IMG/VR virus record: IMGVR_UViG_3300033141_003979
Span: 45,771 to 109,770 of that record
From: a virus
Strand: one strand, 5' to 3'
Length of the DNA stretch: 64,000 bases
Under the pieces are notes generated by a model. The model saw only the letters and a list, made by a program, of their open reading frames with translations, was not told the origin of the DNA and did no database searches. Shown here piece after piece: positions 58,771 through 64,000 of this stretch (position 1 is its first letter; the number at the start of each line of letters is the position of its first letter). A program made the position numbers and the translations under genes.

Positions 58771-59278
58771 ACTCAAAGAGATAACACATGTACAATTAAC
58801 AAAACTTCGCCAAAAACAATTGGCAAAACAAAGTTATGTTTGTCCTATTCTAAACCAGATAATTGATTTTGAATCCTCGGCCTTTGACCACAAACACCGA
58901 ACAAAGGCAGAAAAGATTGGGGAAGATGGGAAGGGGCTATTAAGAGGTGTCATTCACAATCAAGCAAATGTGATTGAAGGCAAAATTGCCAAATTGTATA
59001 AGCGATATGGGTTGCATAAATTCTTACCACTACCAGAGCTGCTCAGAAATATTGCTGATTACATTGAAAATCCACCAATGAACCCTGAATATATACACCC
59101 TAATGAAAGGGAATTCAAAATGCTTGGGAAACGAGACTTCAACAGGATCGTTAAATACTACTTTCAAATGTATCCGAGATGCAAAGTATTACCTGAGTAT
59201 CCTCGCAGTGGCAAGTTAAGCAAGAAATTTGAAGAATTGCTTAAAAAGGCAAACAAATTACATTTTTTAGGTAAATAG
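58763..59278 (+). CDS. Endonuclease VII-like resolvase
   Basis: Q..VCPIL...DHKH...G.LRGV....AN..EGK. Confidence 0.8.
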   Translation: MNKLKEITHVQLTKLRQKQLAKQSYVCPILNQIIDFESSAFDHKHRTKAEKIGEDGKGLLRGVIHNQANVIEGKIAKLYKRYGLHKFLPLPELLRNIADYIENPPMNPEYIHPNEREFKMLGKRDFNRIVKYYFQMYPRCKVLPEYPRSGKLSKKFEELLKKANKLHFLGK

Positions 59279-59670
59279 TGAATACCAGAAATGCTGCTAA
59301 AATATTTAGAGAAAGAACAGGTTATCAATGTCCTTTCCCATGTGAAATAAAAGGAGACAAAAAAATGGATGACAAAACACGAACAGAAATAATGAAAATG
59401 GCTGTTGAATTATATGATAGAAAACACAATACTCCAGAAATTCAAGAAGCAATAAAACAGTTATTTACTAATAAATCTACCAGTCAAATAAATTTTATAG
59501 TTACAAGTGCTATTGATATGGTAAAATCATTTGACAAGGCCGTTGATGATGCAGGGGGATCTGGATGGCAAATAGAGGAATTATTAAAAATGACTTTTAT
59601 GGATTTACTTTCTTCTTTAGCCACAAATCATGTGAGGTTTGTTTTTGAAAGGCCTGAAGAAAATGCTTGA
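59278..59670 (+). CDS. Hypothetical protein
   Basis: ORF in operon; likely start at the internal ATG after AAGGAG. Confidence 0.6.
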   Translation: MNTRNAAKIFRERTGYQCPFPCEIKGDKKMDDKTRTEIMKMAVELYDRKHNTPEIQEAIKQLFTNKSTSQINFIVTSAIDMVKSFDKAVDDAGGSGWQIEELLKMTFMDLLSSLATNHVRFVFERPEENA

Positions 59671-60913
59671 TTCAATTCACCTCATTAACTTTCGTAGCCA
59701 TAAGAATACCTTCATAGAACTCCATCCTGGTATCAATATTTTCACAGGTCCAAATGACAGTGGAAAAACTAATGTACTCCGGGGCATTGATCTCGTTGTC
59801 AATAATCACCCAGCCGGAGACGATTATATTTCAAAATGGGGTGGGAATCTAGATGTCAAGCTTGGCATTGATGGCAAGCAAGTTGGCAGATTCAGAGATG
59901 CTCATTGGGACGAAGAGCTTAAAAGATTCAAGGCAGGAACAAAAAACTACTATACCCTGACTCATGAGGATGGAGAGGTTGAGCCCCCATTCAAATCATT
60001 TGGCAGGGGAAAGGTTCCAGAAATCATTGCCAATCTTTTGAATATTTCTTCAACCAACATTCATTTCCAACTTGATGGACCTTTTCTACTCAACAAATCT
60101 CCAGCAGACGTGGCAAGGCATTATAACGAGATAGTAAATCTTGACATCATAGACAGGACCATCTCCAACATTGCCGGCACACTGCGTAAGGAAAGGGCTG
60201 AACTAAAAGTTGAAAAGGCCAAGATCGAAGAGAAAACAGAAAAGTTAGAAGAATACGATTGGCTGCCAAAGGCAGAGTGTGAGCTTGCCCGATTAGAGAA
60301 GATGCAGAGGGCTATCAGTGGTCTAAAATCTGACTGGACAGAACTGCATGGCCTGATCAGGGATCATGAAAGGCTAACTGCTGTAAGCATAGAATTAGAT
60401 AAAATCGTCAAGCATGATGAAGGAGTAGAAAAATTATTATGGTTAGACAAAGAAATCAAGGCCGGGGATGTAGAATATCTGGCCCTGAAAAGCCTGATTG
60501 ATAAACTTGAGGCACTGACAGAAACATCCCAACAGATGGACAGGATCGTCAAATATGAAAATACAGTGATCCAATTGTTGCAGCAGGCAGAGAAAGTCAA
60601 GTTACTGAGGGGAGACGTAGAGGCACTAAAGGCAATCGTTGAAGAGGCAGCAAGACTAAAGAAAGAGGAAAGTAAATGCCAGGAAATTATCAAACATGAA
60701 GATGAAGTTTCCAGATTGGTTGAATTGGATACTAAGATTGCCGAGAACACAGACGAATACAATGCCTTGTTTGATCTTGTTGAAAAATGGGAAGGACTGG
60801 ATGGACAGCTTGTAACAGCGGACAATAATCTGGCAAATCTTGAGTTAGAATTCAAGGAGGCGATGCCAGAAATTTGTCCGTTGTGTGAGCAAGAGATTAA
60901 AAATACTCCTTGA
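59663..60913 (+). CDS. SbcC/Rad50-like ATPase, N-terminal half ending at the zinc hook
   Basis: NFRSH, GPNDSGKT, Q-loop FQLD, coiled coil, terminal CPLC; no Walker B or signature motif. Confidence 0.85.
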   Translation: MLDSIHLINFRSHKNTFIELHPGINIFTGPNDSGKTNVLRGIDLVVNNHPAGDDYISKWGGNLDVKLGIDGKQVGRFRDAHWDEELKRFKAGTKNYYTLTHEDGEVEPPFKSFGRGKVPEIIANLLNISSTNIHFQLDGPFLLNKSPADVARHYNEIVNLDIIDRTISNIAGTLRKERAELKVEKAKIEEKTEKLEEYDWLPKAECELARLEKMQRAISGLKSDWTELHGLIRDHERLTAVSIELDKIVKHDEGVEKLLWLDKEIKAGDVEYLALKSLIDKLEALTETSQQMDRIVKYENTVIQLLQQAEKVKLLRGDVEALKAIVEEAARLKKEESKCQEIIKHEDEVSRLVELDTKIAENTDEYNALFDLVEKWEGLDGQLVTADNNLANLELEFKEAMPEICPLCEQEIKNTP

Positions 60914-60938
60914 TTTTCTCTAAAAGAAAGACTATACT
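60910..60938 (+). promoter_or_regulatory. Sigma70-like promoter of endonuclease cassette 2
   Basis: TTGATT-N17-TATACT. Confidence 0.65.
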
Positions 60939-60944
60939 TATGTT

Positions 60945-61047
60945 GAACAGTATGATAACGATCCAGAATTCAGAGCTTGAGAGTTTTCATGTCGTGAGGC
61001 ATGGAAGTGTTGTTATCGACACTGTTCCCTCTCAGGCTTTTTCTTTT
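60945..61047 (+). ncRNA. c4 antisense-like three-way-junction RNA, copy 2
   Basis: P1 AGAGCTTGAGAG/CTCTCAGGCTTT, P2 with GTGA tetraloop, P3 GTGTTG/CGACAC, U-tract; upstream complementary sites GAACAGT and GATAACGA. Confidence 0.7.
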
Positions 61048-61059
61048 GGGGAAATTGAC

Positions 61060-62024
61060 ATGAGTAGATTTAGAAGGAAAGATGCAGCTCCATTGTGTGC
61101 ATGTGGCTGTGGAGTATATGTTAAATGGAATATAAATTACAAAGGATGGAATAGATTTATTCAAGGGCATAATTCTAAGGGCGAAAACAATCCTATGTAT
61201 GGTAAAGAATCTTGGAGTAAAGATAAAACTAATATCTTCTCAGAAGAAATATTGAAAATAATATCTAATGCCAAAAAAGGTGAAAATAATCCTATGTATG
61301 GCAAAGTGCCTTGGAATAAAGGTAAGACTGATGTTTATTCAGAAAAAGCCTTGAGGATGATGTCCAATATCAAAATAGGCAAGAAACGCTCTACTAAGAC
61401 AAAACAGAAAATGTCTATTGCGAGGATGGGCGAAAAGAATCCAAATTATGGTAAAAGGCACACCATTGAGACAAAACAAAAAATTTCACAGACCCGGATT
61501 GAAAATAATCATATACCTTGGAATAAAGGCAAAAAACTCCTTGAATTTTCTAAAAGAATGATGGGAGAAAAAATCCTATGTATGGGAAAATAGGAAAAGA
61601 CAACCCTAATTATGGCACAAAACGGACTCCCGAACAGCGAGAAAAATTGAAAGGTAGATGTGGTCCATTATCGGCTGCCTGGAAAGGAGGCATAGCCGCA
61701 GACCCATATTGTGATGTTTGGTTGGATTGGGAGTATAAACAATCTATCAAAGATCGTGACAATAACAAATGCCAGAATCCTGATTGCTGGGGGAAGTGTA
61801 ATCATTTACCTCTACATTTACATCATATAAATAATGATAAAAAAGATTGCCGCCCCAAAAATATCATAACACTATGCAATAGTTGCAACGGGAGAGCACG
61901 GGGGAGCAAAGAATTTTCAAGAGAATGGTGGGTAAAATTCTATCAAAATATCATGACTAAAAAATATGAATACGAATTTGTTCAGAAGGCAAGAGGTTTT
62001 TTGAGGGAAATAAGCAGCCTATGA
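61060..62024 (+). pseudogene. NUMOD3-repeat HNH homing endonuclease with a 1-nt frameshift at ~61570
   Basis: CACGCG, repeated GENNPMYGK; one extra A in the A6 run restores GEKNPMYGK and joins the C-terminal LHHIN..K.DCRPKN.ITLCNSCN HNH domain. Confidence 0.8.
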
Positions 62025-62284
62025 TTCTCATTGAAAAAGATTCACCTATGGCGATATTCTTAGGAGAGGTAATCCCAAAACTGACTTCTCCTGAAACTGA
62101 GTTAGCCGCTTGCCCACATTGTAAAGAACGAATTTTCTTTCCCATTGTTGCAAAGGAACAAGATATAAGAGCATTTCAACAGTTAATCGGGATCACAATG
62201 GAATATCTGCATGAGAAGGGCATAGTCCAGCAAGTGTTTGATGATCTGAGGAAAAAGGTTAATGAAAGGATAAAATTGCAGTGA
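62021..62284 (+). CDS. Hypothetical protein
   Basis: 87-aa ORF coupled to neighbours. Confidence 0.55.
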   Translation: MILIEKDSPMAIFLGEVIPKLTSPETELAACPHCKERIFFPIVAKEQDIRAFQQLIGITMEYLHEKGIVQQVFDDLRKKVNERIKLQ

Positions 62285-63222
62285 CCCGATTCAAACGACA
62301 AACCAAACAATCTAAAGCCACTGCCATCCTAGCAGCAGACCTTCACATTCGACCAGATACGCCTGTTTGCCGTACCGATGACTACTGGGCTGCGCAGGAA
62401 AGGAAGATCGACTTTATACTTGACTTGAGGAAACAGCATGATTGTCCCTTGCTCGTGGCCGGCGACTTAGGCAATTTCCCACTCAACAACGGCTGGCCGA
62501 CATGGCTATTAGAGTGGACAATTAATAAGTTTGAAGGCCATGAAATCATAGCGATACCTGGGCAACATGATTTACCAAACCATAAGATTGAATTATTTGA
62601 AAAATCAGGCATGGGTGTTTTGGATGCGGCTGGAGCAATTAAAACAATATTTGAACCATATATAATTAATCTTCTTTGTAGCAACACATTTACTTTATAT
62701 CCATTTTCTTATAGTCAAGAAATTGATTCTCGATATTGTATAGATGGCCCGATAAATATCGCCATGACCCACCAAATGGTCATAGAAAACAAACCACTTT
62801 GGCCAGGCCAGGAAGCACCAAGAGGGCATCAATTGCTAAAGAAATTCCCTTCTTATAACCTCATCCTTTCAGGCGATAACCACCATCCTTTCATAGCTGA
62901 ATACGAAGGCCGTCTTCTCGTAAATCCTGGCTCACTCATGCGCATGACAGCAGACCAGGAAGATCACAAGCCCCGTGTATATCTTTGGTATGCAGAGACA
63001 AATGAAATCGAAGCCGTATATTTACCGATTGAACAGGGAGTAATCAGCCGGGAACATATTGAGGCAGCAGAAGATAGAACCAACCGTTTTGCAACTCTGA
63101 TTGAACGAGTCCGGGAAGATGTAGAAATTCAACTCTCATATACGGATAACCTAGAAAGGTACTTTGGAAGATTTAGGACACAGAAACAAGTTAAGGAAAA
63201 AATATGGGGGGTGGCAGTATGA
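62281..63222 (+). CDS. SbcD/Mre11-like metallophosphoesterase nuclease
   Basis: ADLH, AGDL, GQHD, THQ, GDNH, NPGSL.R. Confidence 0.9.
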   Translation: MTRFKRQTKQSKATAILAADLHIRPDTPVCRTDDYWAAQERKIDFILDLRKQHDCPLLVAGDLGNFPLNNGWPTWLLEWTINKFEGHEIIAIPGQHDLPNHKIELFEKSGMGVLDAAGAIKTIFEPYIINLLCSNTFTLYPFSYSQEIDSRYCIDGPINIAMTHQMVIENKPLWPGQEAPRGHQLLKKFPSYNLILSGDNHHPFIAEYEGRLLVNPGSLMRMTADQEDHKPRVYLWYAETNEIEAVYLPIEQGVISREHIEAAEDRTNRFATLIERVREDVEIQLSYTDNLERYFGRFRTQKQVKEKIWGVAV

Positions 63223-63388
63223 AATTAGAAAAATTTGGAATTGCGATATCTATAATAGTATTATACTGCACTTCTGCACTTGATAGAAATGTATCGATTT
63301 CTATGAGTACTTATGGATTTATACTTGTAATAATTGGATTGTTAATATTTATATTTGCAGATTCCTTTAGAGAGAAAGGAAAATAACC

Positions 63389-63625
63389 ATGGGAACTGAA
63401 CGACTTTTACAAATTAAAGATCAGATCAACAAAGCAAAAACCACACAGTCAGAAGTCAAGGGACAGATTGCCGGCGTTTGGGACAATGCCAAGACAAGAT
63501 TCAAGATCAGTGAGTTGCCTGAGGCCTCAAAAAAACTGAGTGAGATGGGGGCAAAACTGGATCAGGAAGAAGTGGAATTAAAGTCCGGGGAAGAAAAGCT
63601 GGAAGCAGCCTATCCGTGGGAGTAA
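63389..63625 (+). CDS. Coiled-coil protein, possibly a segment of the split SbcC
   Basis: Heptad-rich; between SbcD and the next coiled-coil ORF. Confidence 0.55.
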   Translation: MGTERLLQIKDQINKAKTTQSEVKGQIAGVWDNAKTRFKISELPEASKKLSEMGAKLDQEEVELKSGEEKLEAAYPWE

Positions 63626-63831
63626 TATAAAATGTGCAGTGATGGAGAACAATTATCAACCTACAAACTTGGGTATCAAGATGGCGAGCAAAAATGCAAG
63701 GATAAGACCATTAAATTGCTTAAAAAATGTCATGATGTGAGTACAAAAGCTGGAGCAACTATATTTCTTTCCCAATTCTGTAAAGATTGTATAAATCGTC
63801 TTATAAACATGATAGAAGAGAATATTTAAAA

Positions 63832-64000
63832 ATGAATCTCCAAACTATTCGCAAACAACTAGAACGCAAGAAGGGGCAAGCCCAACAGATTGAACTGGAT
63901 CTGAAGCAAGCCACTGATTCTCACGAATCTATTGAAAAGGAAATCGGCATCACTGAAAAAGCCCAGGCTATAATTGTCGCTGTAGCAGAGAGCACGCAGA
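63832..64000 (+). CDS. Partial coiled-coil ORF, probable C-terminal half of split SbcC
   Basis: MNLQTIRKQLERKKGQAQQIE...KAQAIIVAVAESTQ, open to the window end. Confidence 0.55.
   Translation, partial: MNLQTIRKQLERKKGQAQQIELDLKQATDSHESIEKEIGITEKAQAIIVAVAESTQ

Noticed and set aside
1-64000. Genome-wide stop-codon reassignment
   Set aside because: Conserved genes are intact under code 11 and TGA, TAG and TAA all terminate genes; only one in-frame TGA was noticed
1-64000. Prophage boundaries, integrase or host genes
   Set aside because: No integrase, att site or bacterial housekeeping context visible; the whole window reads as phage

Overview
The window is part of a large tailed dsDNA phage genome (Caudoviricetes) with two divergent arms meeting near 27.3-27.5 kb. 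The left arm (minus strand, 1-27240) is the late/morphogenesis region. It carries TerS, PBSX-type TerL, an inserted block (FliA-like sigma factor, LamG, beta-helix and lysis-type genes), HK97-type portal, a MuF head protein fused to a zincin domain, prohead protease, major capsid protein, two sets of tandem paralogous putative head proteins, a head-tail connector, signal-peptide-bearing proteins including a 1726-aa glycoside hydrolase/beta-propeller, and a Ser-X repeat protein that runs off the window. The right arm (plus strand) is the early/replication region. It carries small early genes, a second sigma-like factor, a broken SF2 helicase, primase, DnaB, an AT-rich ParB/IbrB + IbrA(PAPS-reductase) + EctC-like + HD + Dcm cluster, beta clamp, DnaE fused to a family-4 UDG domain, 5'-3' exonuclease, DnaX, UvsY-like, gp32-like SSB, RecA, endonuclease VII, split SbcC/SbcD and free-standing endonucleases. 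The most notable observations are: (1) an in-frame UGA at codon 11 of a late gene followed by a SECIS-like hairpin (candidate phage selenoprotein or readthrough switch); (2) several c4/CI-like structured RNAs, two of which are homologous, show compensatory changes and precede endonuclease genes; (3) the IbrAB-EctC-HD cluster; (4) the DnaE-UDG fusion ending in an SSB-like DDIPF tail; (5) a recurring xRF[KRQ]R motif on unrelated proteins. All calls are from motif recognition and manual base-pairing; no database search or folding program was run.
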